64,000 bases of DNA from an uncultured Pseudomonadota bacterium (lineage in GTDB: Bacteria; Pseudomonadota; Gammaproteobacteria; Steroidobacterales; Steroidobacteraceae). The stretch lies in contig CAVSEP010000004.1 of assembly GCA_963726995.1 (NCBI GenBank), positions 333,381-397,380 of the forward strand, written 5' to 3'. A model generated the notes under the pieces. That model did not search any database. It was not told the origin of the DNA and saw only the letters and a list, made by a program, of their open reading frames with translations. The stretch's first letter is position 1. Each line of letters begins with the position of its first letter. Below are positions 54,194-63,954 of the stretch, piece after piece. Made by a program: the position numbers and the translations under genes.

Positions 54194-54910
54194 TCAGCGC
54201 ACTCGGCTCCAGGACTTCTCGGTCCACAACCGGAAGCCGCCCCGGAAGGCATTGGTATTGTGCCCGGCGCGCACCTGCGGCGGCAGCTTTTTGAGCTTCG
54301 CCACATTGCCGCCGCCCAACATCACGTAGTCCACCTCGAATGCCTCGCTCAGTCTTTCCACGATGTCGAAGACGGCGCGCCGCCAGCGCTTCTTGCCCAG
54401 TCGGTTGAGCCCGCTGATGCCGGCGTAATCCTCATAGGTGCGGCCCTTGCGATAGGGCAGGTGGCCCAGCTCCATGGGCTCGATGACGCCGTCCAGTATC
54501 AGCGCCGAGCCCAGTCCCGTGCCCAGTCCCAGGAACAGCATCCGGCCGCCCTCGTAACTGCCGATGGCCTGCATGGCCGCATCATTGATGATGCGCACGG
54601 GTTTGCCGAAGGCCGCCGCATAGTCGAAGGTGACCCAACCCTTGCCCAGATGGTGCGGTTCGACGATTGGCCGCCCATGCCAGACCACGCCGGGGTAGCC
54701 GATCGCGACCGCATCAAACTTCCAGTCCCGGGTCATGGCCCGCACCGCCCTGACCATCTGCGCGGGGGTCAGCTGCGGGCCCGAAGCGCTCAGGCGCTCG
54801 CTCTGGTTCGCCGGCAGCCCGGAAAGCAACACCTTGACGTGACTGCCGCCGATATCGACCGACAGGATCCTTTGGGGTCGGCGACGCTTCTTCACCATCG
54901 ATGCACGCAC
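54194..54910 (-). CDS. ROK-family sugar kinase (polyphosphate/ATP glucokinase-like)
   Basis: ILSVDIGGSHVK phosphate-1 motif, INDAAMQA, and GLGTGLGSALI. About 235 aa, as in PpgK-type ROK kinases. Confidence 0.75.
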   Translation of the reverse strand: MRASMVKKRRRPQRILSVDIGGSHVKVLLSGLPANQSERLSASGPQLTPAQMVRAVRAMTRDWKFDAVAIGYPGVVWHGRPIVEPHHLGKGWVTFDYAAAFGKPVRIINDAAMQAIGSYEGGRMLFLGLGTGLGSALILDGVIEPMELGHLPYRKGRTYEDYAGISGLNRLGKKRWRRAVFDIVERLSEAFEVDYVMLGGGNVAKLKKLPPQVRAGHNTNAFRGGFRLWTEKSWSRVR

Positions 54911-55068
54911 CAGGCTAGTCTGCCTTTCTGCGGCAGCGCCGTCATTCGGCAGGGCACGATCATATCGGGGTGCGACTGGCGATTTTCGCCATCCGGCGGC
55001 TTCCCCGGGCTGCGCGCGGCAATGAGCATGAGGACTCCGTTACGCAGATCAGGTCTCCCGATGATCCT

Positions 55069-55155
55069 TGGTGCCCGGAGCCGGAATCGAACCGGCAAGG
55101 GGTTGCCCCCGAGGGATTTTAAGTCCCTTGCGTCTACCAATTTCGCCATCCGGGC
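55069..55155 (-). tRNA. tRNA-Leu (anticodon UAA)
   Basis: Manual cloverleaf: acceptor GCCCGGA/TCCGGGC, D-arm GCG..CGC, anticodon stem AGGGA/TCCCT with loop CTTAAAA, long variable arm, T-arm CCGG-TTCGATT-CCGG, and encoded CCA. Confidence 0.9.
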
Positions 55156-55227
55156 AGCGCGGCGCCGACAGCCGGCAATTCTACCCCGGGGATGGCGATA
55201 AGCCACTGACTTTGCGAGACTGCGACC

Positions 55228-55854
55228 ATGTCCGATTCAAATCTCAATGCGGAAAATCTGCACCTGTGGCGCGCGGAGCGGCATGTCCTGAAGGGAGTCA
55301 ACCTGTCGGTGAAGGGTGGGGAATTGCTGCAACTGACCGGCGCCAATGGCGCGGGCAAGACGACGCTGCTGCGCGCCTTATGCGGCATCAACCATCTGGA
55401 GGAGGGCCGGGTGTTCTGGAATCGGCGCGATGTGCGCGAGGACCGCGAGGGATTTCACGCCGCGCTGGTGTACCTGGGTCATGAACCGCCGCTCAAACCG
55501 GACCTCTCGGGGGCCGAAAACCTGAGATTCTGGATGGGCATGCGCCGGAACATCTCGCCCACGGCAATCCATGACGCCCTGGCGGGCACAGGCGCGGGCG
55601 AATTCGCCACCCGCGCGGTGCGCACACTGTCGGCCGGGCAGCGGCGGCGCGTGGCCCTGGCCGGACTGCTGCTCGCAGCGGCGCCATTGTGGTTACTGGA
55701 TGAGCCCACCACCAATCTGGACAGTGCCGGCCAGGAGATGGTGGCGTCGCTGCTGGATGCGCACCTGGCCTCGGGGGGGCTGGCGATCGCAGCCGTGCAT
55801 CACCGCCTGGCCATCGAACCTGCGCGGATTCGCGAATTGAATCTCTCGGCGTGA
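55228..55854 (+). CDS. ccmA: haem exporter ATP-binding protein CcmA
   Basis: Walker A GANGAGKTT, signature LSAGQRRRVALA, Walker B LWLLDEPTTNLD. First gene of a colinear ccm operon. Confidence 0.9.
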   Translation: MSDSNLNAENLHLWRAERHVLKGVNLSVKGGELLQLTGANGAGKTTLLRALCGINHLEEGRVFWNRRDVREDREGFHAALVYLGHEPPLKPDLSGAENLRFWMGMRRNISPTAIHDALAGTGAGEFATRAVRTLSAGQRRRVALAGLLLAAAPLWLLDEPTTNLDSAGQEMVASLLDAHLASGGLAIAAVHHRLAIEPARIRELNLSA

Positions 55855-56552
55855 TGTTGCAGTCAGCACCCGCACTCACCGCACCGCTGTTGGCCGCGCG
55901 TCTGGTCGTCACGCGCGATCTGACGCTGGCGTTTCGGCGCCCGGAGCAGCTGCTGCACCCGCTGGCGTTCTTCGTGCTGGTGACGACCCTGTTCGCGCTT
56001 TCGCTGGGTCCGGAACGCACCATCCTGCGCTTGATAGCCCCCGGTGTGCTGTGGGTCGCCGCGTTGCTGGCCGCGCTGCTGGCGCTGGATTTTCTGTTCC
56101 GCGACGACGCGCAGGATGGCACGCTGGAGCAATATGCCCTGTCGGGACAGTCGCTGACCTGGCTGCTGCTGGGCAAGACCGCCGCGCACTGGCTGCTGAC
56201 CGGGGTACCCCTGTCGCTGATGGCGCCCCTGATGGGTTACACCCTGGGCGTGCCGTGGGAGGCCAGCGTGGGTATCATGCTGACCGTGGCGCTGGGAAGC
56301 CTGGCCCTGAGCTTCATCGGATCCATCGGGGCGGCATTGACCCTCGGCGCCCGGCGCGGCGGGGTGCTGCTTTCCATATTGATCCTGCCGCTTGCGGCGC
56401 CGATCCTGATTTTTGGGAGCCGCGCCACAGAACTGGCGATCCGCGGGGAGTCGTACCTGGCCCCCATGGAACTGCTGGGGGCCATCGTGGTCCTGTCGTT
56501 CACCCTGGCCCCTCTGGCCGCGGCCGCCGCCGTCCGCATCAGCCTGGAGTAG
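55851..56552 (+). CDS. ccmB: haem exporter permease CcmB
   Basis: Six TMs, with typical FLFRDDAQDGTLEQ and LLLGK segments. GTGA overlap with ccmA. Confidence 0.9.
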   Translation: MMLQSAPALTAPLLAARLVVTRDLTLAFRRPEQLLHPLAFFVLVTTLFALSLGPERTILRLIAPGVLWVAALLAALLALDFLFRDDAQDGTLEQYALSGQSLTWLLLGKTAAHWLLTGVPLSLMAPLMGYTLGVPWEASVGIMLTVALGSLALSFIGSIGAALTLGARRGGVLLSILILPLAAPILIFGSRATELAIRGESYLAPMELLGAIVVLSFTLAPLAAAAAVRISLE

Positions 56553-56559
56553 ACGTAAC

Positions 56560-57295
56560 GTGACTTGGACATGGTTTCACCGGCTGGGATCCCCGCCATA
56601 TGTGTACGGACTGGCAGGCCGTCTGACGCCCTGGTTCGCCTGGAGTGCCGCGGTGCTGATCGTCGCGGGTCTGTTCGGCGGGCTGGTGCTGGCGCCGCCG
56701 GATTATCAGCAGGGCGATGGCTTCCGGATCATCTACGTGCACGCGCCGACCGCATGGCTGTCGCTGATGGTCTACACCTGGATGGGGGTGGCGGCGGCCG
56801 TGGGGCTCATCTGGCGCATCAAGGTATCGCATGCGCTCGCCGCCGCCTGCGCGCCGGTGGGCGCCTCCTTCACCGCCGTCGCCCTGGCCACCGGTTCGCT
56901 GTTCGGGCAAACCCATGTGGGGCACCTGGTGGGTATGGACGCCGCGCCTGACTTCCGAGCTGTTGCTGCTGTTCCTGTACCTGGGATACATGGGTCTCAG
57001 GGCGTCATTTGATGACATCCAGCGAGCAGATCGTGCCAGTGCCGTGCTGGCGGTCGTGGGAATCGTTAATGTACCCATCGTGCATTATTCAGTAGTGTGG
57101 TGGAACGATCTGCACCAGGCCTCCTCGGTGACCCTGGCGGGCAAGGACACCATTGCCACCTCCATGCTGGTGCCGCTGCTGGTGAGCCTGCTGGGATTCA
57201 CGTTGTTCTTCGGCGCCATCGTGCTGGTGCGGCTGCGCGGGGAGATCCTGCGGCGCGAACGCTCCACGAACTGGATCCGGGAGGCGCTGGCATGA
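56560..57295 (+). pseudogene. ccmC: ccmC (haem-handling WWD protein) interrupted by a +1 frameshift near 56905-56907
   Basis: The N-terminal 115 aa (PDYQQGDGFRIIYVHAPTAW...ATGSLFG) are in frame 1. The rest (KPMWGTWWVW..RLTSELLLLFLYLGY...) is in frame 2. The WWD Asp reads Thr-Pro at 56939-56944, consistent with a compensated indel pair. This could be a sequencing artefact. Confidence 0.8.
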
Positions 57296-57480
57296 TGGTC
57301 CAGTTCCAGTCGCTGGCCCAGTTCCTGGCCATGGGAAAATACGCCGCCTACGTCTGGCCCTCCTATGGCCTGACACTGCTGGTGGTGGCGTTGAACGTCG
57401 CCTGGGCACGGCGCCTGCTGCGGGATGCGCAAGGCGAAGCGCGCCGGCGGCTCGTCATACAACAAGAGGAGCGCGCATGA
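57292..57480 (+). CDS. ccmD: haem exporter protein CcmD
   Basis: 62-aa single-TM protein (YAAYVWPSYGLTLLVVALNV) between ccmC and ccmE. ATGA overlaps on both sides. Confidence 0.7.
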   Translation: MMVQFQSLAQFLAMGKYAAYVWPSYGLTLLVVALNVAWARRLLRDAQGEARRRLVIQQEERA

Positions 57481-57911
57481 CACCGCAACGCCGCAAACGG
57501 CTGTATCTGGTGCTGGGGATCGTCGCGGGCGTAGGCGTCGCCACCGCGCTGGCTCTGTCGGCCTTTCGGCAGAATGTCACGTTCTATTTCATTCCGACTC
57601 AGGTGTCGCAGGGCGCCGTTCATAACGATGAGTCCTTCCGTCTCGGCGGCATGGTCAAGAACGGCAGTGTCCAACGCCAGCCGGGCAGCCTGCAGGTGAG
57701 TTTCGTGCTCACTGATTTCAAGCATGAGGTGCCGGTGACTTATGACCGCGTGCTGCCGGACCTGTTCCGCGAGGGCCAGGGCGTGATCGCTCATGGACAT
57801 CTGGACGGCCGGGGTGTGTTCGTCGCGGATGAGGTGCTGGCCAAGCATGATGAGAAGTACATGCCGCCAAAGATCGCCGGTACGCCGCCGGTCGCGCAGG
57901 GAGGAGGCTGA
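57477..57911 (+). CDS. ccmE: cytochrome c-type biogenesis haem chaperone CcmE
   Basis: N-terminal anchor, OB-fold ([12 protein letters not shown]) and the haem-binding [11 protein letters not shown] motif. Confidence 0.9.
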   Translation: MTPQRRKRLYLVLGIVAGVGVATALALSAFRQNVTFYFIPTQVSQGAVHNDESFRLGGMVKNGSVQRQPGSLQVSFVLTDFKHEVPVTYDRVLPDLFREGQGVIAHGHLDGRGVFVADEVLAKHDEKYMPPKIAGTPPVAQGGG

Positions 57912-59868
57912 TGCTGCCTGAATTGGGTCACTTCGCACTGGTGATGGCGCTGCTGCTGGCGGGCCTGCAGGCTTTCTTCGGCATTCTCGGGCCCGCGCTG
58001 GGCCGCGATCGCTGGGTCGCGGCGGCGACTTCCGCGGTCGCCGGGCAGTTCGTGATGGTGGCCACGGCGGTCGGCATCCTGGTCTACGCCTTCGTCAACT
58101 TCGATTTTTCAGTTCTCTATGTCGCCGAGAATTCCAACTCCGCGCTGCCGTTGATGTACCGCGTCGCGGCCCTGTGGGGCGCGCACGAAGGCTCGCTGTT
58201 GTTGTGGATCTTCCTGCTGGCAGTGTGGACGCTGGCGGTGGCCATCGCCTCGCGCAATCTGCCGGAGCGTTTCACGGCCCGCGTGCTGGGTGTGCTGGGG
58301 GTGCTCAGTTTCGGGTTCCTGCTGTTCACCCTGGCCACTTCGGATCCCTTCCGTCGGCTGATTCCCGCGGCAGCGGATGGCCATGACCTGAACCCGCTGC
58401 TGCAGGACCCCGGGCTCGCCGTGCATCCGCCGGTGCTGTACACGGGCTATGTCGGTCTCGCGGTGGCTTTCTCGTTTGCCTGCGCGGCCATGCTCGAGGG
58501 TCGCATGGATCCGGATTGGGCCCGCTGGACGCGGCCCTGGACCACGGCGGCCTGGGCCTTCCTGACCTGCGGCATCACGCTCGGCAGCTGGTGGTCGTAC
58601 TACACGCTGGGGTGGGGCGGCTACTGGGAGTGGGACCCGGTCGAGAACGCCTCCTTCATGCCGTGGCTGGTGGCCACCGCGTTGATCCATTCGCTCGCCG
58701 TTACCGAAAAGCGCGGCCTGTTCAAGAGCTGGACGCTGCTGCTGGCCATCCTGGCATTCTCATTGAGTCTGATGGGTACCTTCCTGGTGCGCTCGGGCGT
58801 GCTGGTGTCGGTGCACTCCTTCGCGGCGGATCCCGCCCGCGGACGATTCATCCTGGCCTTCCTCGGGCTGGTGATCGGGGGCGCGCTGACCCTGTACGCC
58901 TGGCGCGCGCCGCTGCTGAAGTCAAATGCGGGCTTCGACCTGCTCTCACGCGAGAGCTTCCTGCTGTTCAACAACATCCTGCTGGTGATTGCCGCCGCGA
59001 CGGTGCTGGGCGGCACGCTGGCGCCGCTGATCGCGGACACGCTCGGCCAGGCGGCGCTGTCGGTGGGCCCCCCGTACTTCCGGCCCGACCTTTCTGCTGG
59101 CGGTGATCCCGCTGCTGCTGCTGCTGTCGATCGGCATCCATGCCAACTGGAAGCGGGGTCGCCTGGAGGAGGCGGGCCGGCCACTGCTGGTGACTTTGGC
59201 CGTTGCGATCGCACTCGGCGCCGCCACGGTATATGGCATCTACGAGCGGCCACCATGCGCTGGCCATCGCCGGGATCGGCATCGGCAGCTGGATCATCCT
59301 GTCATCGCTGCTGGATCCGGTGGATCGGCTGCGACGCCACCTGAGCCTGTCGCGTGCGGTGCTGGGCATGACCTCGCGCATATCGGCATGGGGGTGGCGG
59401 TGATCGCGCTGACGGGCGTGGAGTCCTATACCAGCGAGCGCGATATTGCGTTGGCCGCCGGCGCCAGCGCCGAGGTCGGCGGCTACGAATTCAAGCTCAT
59501 GGGCACCGCGCCCGTTGAGGGAGACAACTACAGTGCCATCCGCGCGACAGTGACGGTCAGCCGCCAGGGACAGCCGATCACCACGCTGTATCCCGGAGAG
59601 CCGCACGTTCTGGGTCCAGCAGCAGACCCGCAAGGTCGCCGGCATCTACAACCTGCACGGCACGGACCTGTTCATCGCCCTCGGCGACAATCTGGGCGCC
59701 GGCCGCTGGAGTTTCCGCGCGCAGATCCGGCCGCTGATCACGCTGCTGTGGCTGGGTCCGCTGTTCATGGCACTGGGCGGTGCGCTGGCGCTGTCGGACA
59801 AACGCTACCGTCTGCAGCGGGCCGCAGCGCGGGAGGGTGCCAAGCCGGTGCTCGGAGCGGCGCATTGA
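57911..59868 (+). pseudogene. ccmF: ccmF (cytochrome c haem lyase subunit) with four 1-nt indels in its 3' third
   Basis: Homology runs continuously but changes frame at about 59084-86 (+1), 59247-52 (+1), 59372-74 (-1) and 59600-03 (+1), always in C/G runs. The WWD motif [12 protein letters not shown] is intact. The canonical C-terminus ...LALSDKRYRL is in a third frame. This could be a sequencing artefact. Confidence 0.85.
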
Positions 59869-60437
59869 AACCACGCTTCCTGCTGCCCCTGGGCGTGTTC
59901 GCGGTGCTGGTGGTGGTGCTGGCCGTGGGCATCAATCATTCACGCATGGTGGGCGTGTTGCAGTCGCCGCTGGTCGGGCATCAGATCCCGGACTGGGAAC
60001 TGCCGGTGCTCACGGATCCGGCCAAGACCTTGGGCTCCAGTGAGCTCAAGGGGCAATGGTATGTGCTCAATTACTGGGGCGCATGGTGTTACGCCTGCCG
60101 GGTCGAACACCCGACTCTGCTGCAGGCGCAGCGCGAGGCCCGGGTGCAGATCATCGGCGTGGACTGGGTGGCGGGCAACGAAGATGAGAATGCCGCCGCG
60201 CTGGATTGGCTGTCGCGGCTCGGCAATCCCTACCGCCAGGTCGTCACCGATCGGGACGGGCGCACCGCCATCGACCTAGGAGTCGCACAGGCGCCGGAGT
60301 CCTTTCTGGTGAATCCGCAGGGCGTGATCGTCTACAAGGAGCCCGGGGTCATCACGCCGGAGATCTGGCGCCGGGAGTTCCTGTCGCGCCTGCCGCCGCA
60401 GTCCACCGTGTCGGCCCCGGGCCCGGGTGCCTCGTGA
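59865..60437 (+). CDS. ccmG: thiol:disulfide oxidoreductase CcmG/DsbE
   Basis: TM anchor FLLPLGVFAVLVVVLAV and thioredoxin motif WGAWCYAC. TTG start overlapping the ccmF stop. Confidence 0.85.
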   Translation: MKPRFLLPLGVFAVLVVVLAVGINHSRMVGVLQSPLVGHQIPDWELPVLTDPAKTLGSSELKGQWYVLNYWGAWCYACRVEHPTLLQAQREARVQIIGVDWVAGNEDENAAALDWLSRLGNPYRQVVTDRDGRTAIDLGVAQAPESFLVNPQGVIVYKEPGVITPEIWRREFLSRLPPQSTVSAPGPGAS

Positions 60438-60865
60438 GGGCCGTCTCGGTCTTGCTGCTGGCGCTGGGGGCCCTGCTGCTGGCGCGCACGGCCGCGGCGG
60501 TGGATCCGGTGAACTTGTCCGACCCGGCGCTGCAGGCACGCTACCTGGTGCTCATTCATGAACTGCGCTGCGTGCAGTGCGAGAACAATTCACTGGCGGA
60601 TTCCGATGCCTCGATCGCCGCGGATGTGCGCCGTCAGATCCGCGAACGACTCAGCGCGGGTCAGTCCGACGCCCAGATCAAGGACTACCTGGTCTCGCGC
60701 TACAGCGAATTCATACTGTTCCGTCCCCGCGGATCCTGGCGCAACGCCTGGCTGTGGGGTCTGCCGGTGTTTCTGCTCTTGATCGGTGCCGCCGTGGGCG
60801 TGCGGGTGATCAGGCAGCGCGCCGCGCTCATCGACGCTGACGATGCGAGTGTTTCCGACCCATGA
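60434..60865 (+). CDS. ccmH: cytochrome c-type biogenesis protein CcmH
   Basis: Signal, LRCVQCENNSLADS motif and a C-terminal TM. GTGA overlap with ccmG. Confidence 0.85.
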   Translation: MRAVSVLLLALGALLLARTAAAVDPVNLSDPALQARYLVLIHELRCVQCENNSLADSDASIAADVRRQIRERLSAGQSDAQIKDYLVSRYSEFILFRPRGSWRNAWLWGLPVFLLLIGAAVGVRVIRQRAALIDADDASVSDP

Positions 60866-61911
60866 TTACCTTTATCGCCATCGCCGCAGCGATGGTCCTC
60901 GCGCTTGCCGCGCTGCTCGCCGTCCCGCTGCTGTCGCGCCGCCCCGTGACTCCGCAGCTGCCGTGGAGCGCACTGGCCGTGGTGGTGGTGCTGCTCGGCG
61001 GCGGTGCGGGCCTGTACTCGACGTTCAGCAACTGGAAGTGGTCGGCGCCCCAGGCAGATAGCGCGGCCGGTTCGCCCCAGACCATGGTGACGACTCTGGC
61101 GCGCCGCCTGGCCAGTCACCCCGAGGATCTCAATGGCTGGCTGCTGCTCGGCCGCTCCTACAGCGTGCTGCAGGAAACGCCGTTGGCGGTGCGTGCCTAC
61201 GAGCGCGCCAATCAGCTGGCGAAGGGCGAGAATGTCGATGCGCTGCTCGGGCTGGCCGAGGCGCTGGTCGCGGAGGATGACTCCCAGCTCGCCGGCCGGG
61301 CCGGGGATCTGGTGGACCAGGCACTGACCCTTGCGCCGCAGTCACCGAAGGCCCTGTTCTACGGCGCCGTGTCGGCCATCCAGCGCAAACAGCTGCCGCT
61401 GGCGCGCCAGCGTTTCGTGACCTTGCTGGACGAGGGGCCTCCGGAGAACGTCCGGCCCATCATCCAGCAGCAGATCAACTCCATTGACCAGGCGCTGGCC
61501 GCCGCCGGCCAGCCGGTTGAACAGGGCCCGCTGACCGCGGGTGCCGTACCGGCCGCGTCGGGCGGAGCGTCGGCGCGGGTCCGTATTACTATCAAGCTTG
61601 CGCCCACGCTTGGCTTCGACGGCAAGAGTGATGCGCCGTTGTTCGTGTTCGTCCGGGATCCCAAAGCGGCGGGCCCGCCGCTGGCGGTGAAACGCCTGAC
61701 GGCGCACTTTCCGCAGACCGTGGAACTTTCTTCGGCGGATGCGATGCTCGCCGGCCATGGCATGCAGGTGGGCCAGGATGTGGAAATCGTCGCGCGCCTG
61801 TCCGGTTCGGGTGGTCCGCTGCCCCGCAAGGGCGATCCGTTTGGCGCCGTCGCCTACCATGTCGCGGCCAACGGCGCGGTGGCCGTCCTGATCGATCGCC
61901 TCACGCCCTAG
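60862..61911 (+). CDS. ccmI: c-type cytochrome biogenesis protein CcmI (CycH, TPR)
   Basis: Two N-terminal TMs and a TPR region (GWLLLGRSYSVLQETPLAVRAYERANQL). ATGA overlap with ccmH. Confidence 0.8.
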   Translation: MITFIAIAAAMVLALAALLAVPLLSRRPVTPQLPWSALAVVVVLLGGGAGLYSTFSNWKWSAPQADSAAGSPQTMVTTLARRLASHPEDLNGWLLLGRSYSVLQETPLAVRAYERANQLAKGENVDALLGLAEALVAEDDSQLAGRAGDLVDQALTLAPQSPKALFYGAVSAIQRKQLPLARQRFVTLLDEGPPENVRPIIQQQINSIDQALAAAGQPVEQGPLTAGAVPAASGGASARVRITIKLAPTLGFDGKSDAPLFVFVRDPKAAGPPLAVKRLTAHFPQTVELSSADAMLAGHGMQVGQDVEIVARLSGSGGPLPRKGDPFGAVAYHVAANGAVAVLIDRLTP

Positions 61912-62120
61912 CGCCCCCGGTTCGCGGCTGGCTCGCGGCCAGAATTTATTCTTCCAGCCTGGGCAATCTTTACCCTTGTTCAACGGTCATACGTGATGAG
62001 GGACAGGTTGCATTGTCACGAGCGTGCGACCAATGTAGTCAAGAGAGCGGCTTAGGACGGCATGCGTCTTGCTTCAGTCTTCGCTTAAGACTTTCTCATT
62101 ACGAGTAAGGAGAGCCGGAT

Positions 62121-62582
62121 ATGGCACAGACAAGAGGTGCGGAAGGCCGAACTTCCAACCGCGGGTTTGCCTCGATGAACCAGGAACGGCAACGGCAGAT
62201 CGCCAGCATGGGCGGCAAGGCGGTCCCGGATTCCAAACGCAGCTTCTCCCAGAATCGCGATCTGGCCGCGCAGGCGGGCCGCAAGGGCGGTCAGAGCGTG
62301 CCCGGCGAGAAGCGCAGCTTCTCCCAGAACCGGGAACTCGCGGCGCAGGCGGGCCGCAAGGGTGGCCAGAGCGTGCCGGATGAGAAACGCAGCTTCTCGC
62401 AGAATCCCGGTTTGGCCGCACAGGCGGGCCGCAAGGGCGGGCAGGCCAGCCACAGCGGCGTGCCGGCGCACGAACCTAGCGCGACCTCGGTAGCCGGCCG
62501 AACGTCCGGGCCCATCCCGCTGAACACGCCTCAAGGCGCGTGCAATCTTTACGCGCCGGCATGCAGAAACTGCACGGGATGA
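62121..62582 (+). CDS. KGG-repeat general stress protein (YciG-like)
   Basis: RGFASMNQERQRQIASMGGKA, followed by three copies of KRSFSQN..LAAQAGRKGGQ. AGGAG lies 8 nt upstream of the ATG. Confidence 0.75.
   Translation: MAQTRGAEGRTSNRGFASMNQERQRQIASMGGKAVPDSKRSFSQNRDLAAQAGRKGGQSVPGEKRSFSQNRELAAQAGRKGGQSVPDEKRSFSQNPGLAAQAGRKGGQASHSGVPAHEPSATSVAGRTSGPIPLNTPQGACNLYAPACRNCTG
62235..62459 (+). repeat. three tandem 75-bp coding repeats inside the KGG gene
   Basis: Repeat units start at 62235, 62310 and 62385 (AAACGCAGCTTCTCCCAGAA... / AAGCGCAGCTTCTCCCAGAA... / AAACGCAGCTTCTCGCAGAA...). The period is exactly 75 nt. Confidence 0.85.
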
Positions 62583-62583
62583 T

Positions 62584-63954
62584 TCAGGCCGGACCCGGAA
62601 ACCTCACCACGAAGCGGGTGCCGCGACCTTCGCGACCCGCCTGCGCGCTCACCGTGGCGCCGTGCACGGTGGCGATCTCGCGCACGATCGCCAACCCCAG
62701 GCCGCAGCCCTCGGCATCCTCGCTGGCGCCGCGATGGAAGCGTTCGAAAATGCGCTCCCGCTCGGACTCGGGGATACCCGGCCCGTCGTCAGTGACGGCC
62801 AGTTCCGGCAGCGGCGCGGCCGCGACGCTCAATGTGACGCTGGCGCCCTGCGGGCAGTAACGCAGGGCATTGTCGACCAGGTTGTTGATCAGTTCCTCGA
62901 GCAGGCCGGCATGGCCCTGGATCATGACCGGCTGCTCCGGGGCCACGAAGCCGAAGTCGATGTGACGGGCGAGGGCGGGCCCGATCCAGTTCTCCCCGGC
63001 CGAGCGGGCGATCTGGACCAGGTCCAGGCGTGACAAAGTTCGGGTGGCCGCGGCCTCAGGTCCGGAACGGGCCAGCGCCAGCAGCTGCTGGGTCACCCGG
63101 GCGGCACGCACGATCGAGGACTGCAGGGCGTCCAGGGCCTGATTGCGCGACTCGCTGTCCGGACTGCGTTTGGCACGTTCGGCATGCAGCGAGACGGCCG
63201 CGAGCGGCGTGCGCAGCTGATGGGCGGCATCGGACACGAACCGGCGCTGCGCGGTGATGGTCTGCTGCAGCCTGCCCAGCAGGTCATTGATGCGCGTCAC
63301 CAGGATGCGCGCTTCCCAGGGCAGCCCGGCTTCGGAGACCGGGGTGAGCAGATCCTGGCCGCGTGCCTCGATGGCAGCCGACACCACCGTCAGGGGCTTC
63401 AGTCCCCGGTCCACGGCGAAGCGCACGAACCACAACGCACCCAGCAGCAGGCCCAACTGGGGTAAGGCCATCTCCAGCAGGATTTGCGACAGCAGCGAGG
63501 CGCGCTTGTTGACGGTCTCCCCGACGATCAGGCGCACCATTTCCGTGGATCCGGGCACCCTAAGCTCCGTGGCGACCAGGCGCATCGGCACCCCGGCGAT
63601 GGTCATGGAGGTCAGCCGCGGCTTGCCGTCGGGACCTGCGGGCACGTCGGGCAGATTGCCGTCGTTGGCAATCGGGCGCCCCTGGGTGGTGATCAGACGG
63701 TAGGAGGTCTGGTCGTAGTCGTCGAACTTGAAGATGGCGAGGGCCACGCGCGGCAGTACCACGGTGATCCGGCCGTTCTCGACGCTCAGGGCCTGCGCGA
63801 GCGAGCCGGCATCCTCGATCAGCCAGCGGTCATAGGCGAGATTGGCGAAATGCGCCGACAGCGCATAACAGTAGACGCCGTCCAGGGCCAGCAGCAGCAG
63901 CGCCACGGCCAGGACGCGCAGCGTCAGGCCGGAGCGCAGCGAGCGTTCAGGCAT
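62584..63954 (-). CDS. two-component sensor histidine kinase (QseC/PhoQ-type: 2 TM, periplasmic domain, HAMP, HisKA, HATPase)
   Basis: H-box SDAAHQLRTPL, N-box LINNLVDNALRY, G1 VTDDGPGIP and G2 GCGLGLAIV. Confidence 0.85.
   Translation of the reverse strand: MPERSLRSGLTLRVLAVALLLLALDGVYCYALSAHFANLAYDRWLIEDAGSLAQALSVENGRITVVLPRVALAIFKFDDYDQTSYRLITTQGRPIANDGNLPDVPAGPDGKPRLTSMTIAGVPMRLVATELRVPGSTEMVRLIVGETVNKRASLLSQILLEMALPQLGLLLGALWFVRFAVDRGLKPLTVVSAAIEARGQDLLTPVSEAGLPWEARILVTRINDLLGRLQQTITAQRRFVSDAAHQLRTPLAAVSLHAERAKRSPDSESRNQALDALQSSIVRAARVTQQLLALARSGPEAAATRTLSRLDLVQIARSAGENWIGPALARHIDFGFVAPEQPVMIQGHAGLLEELINNLVDNALRYCPQGASVTLSVAAAPLPELAVTDDGPGIPESERERIFERFHRGASEDAEGCGLGLAIVREIATVHGATVSAQAGREGRGTRFVVRFPGPA

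Noticed and set aside
57911-59868. Possibility that the ccmF/ccmC frame changes are programmed ribosomal frameshifts or a split-gene arrangement.
   Set aside because: There are four shifts of mixed sign within 520 nt and no slippery heptamers or downstream structures. All are in simple G/C runs, which is consistent with indel errors or mutations, not recoding.
62235-62459. A regularly spaced direct repeat array that could superficially resemble a CRISPR or other non-coding array.
   Set aside because: The units are contiguous with no spacers, in frame, and encode the KGG protein repeat. There are no cas genes in the window.
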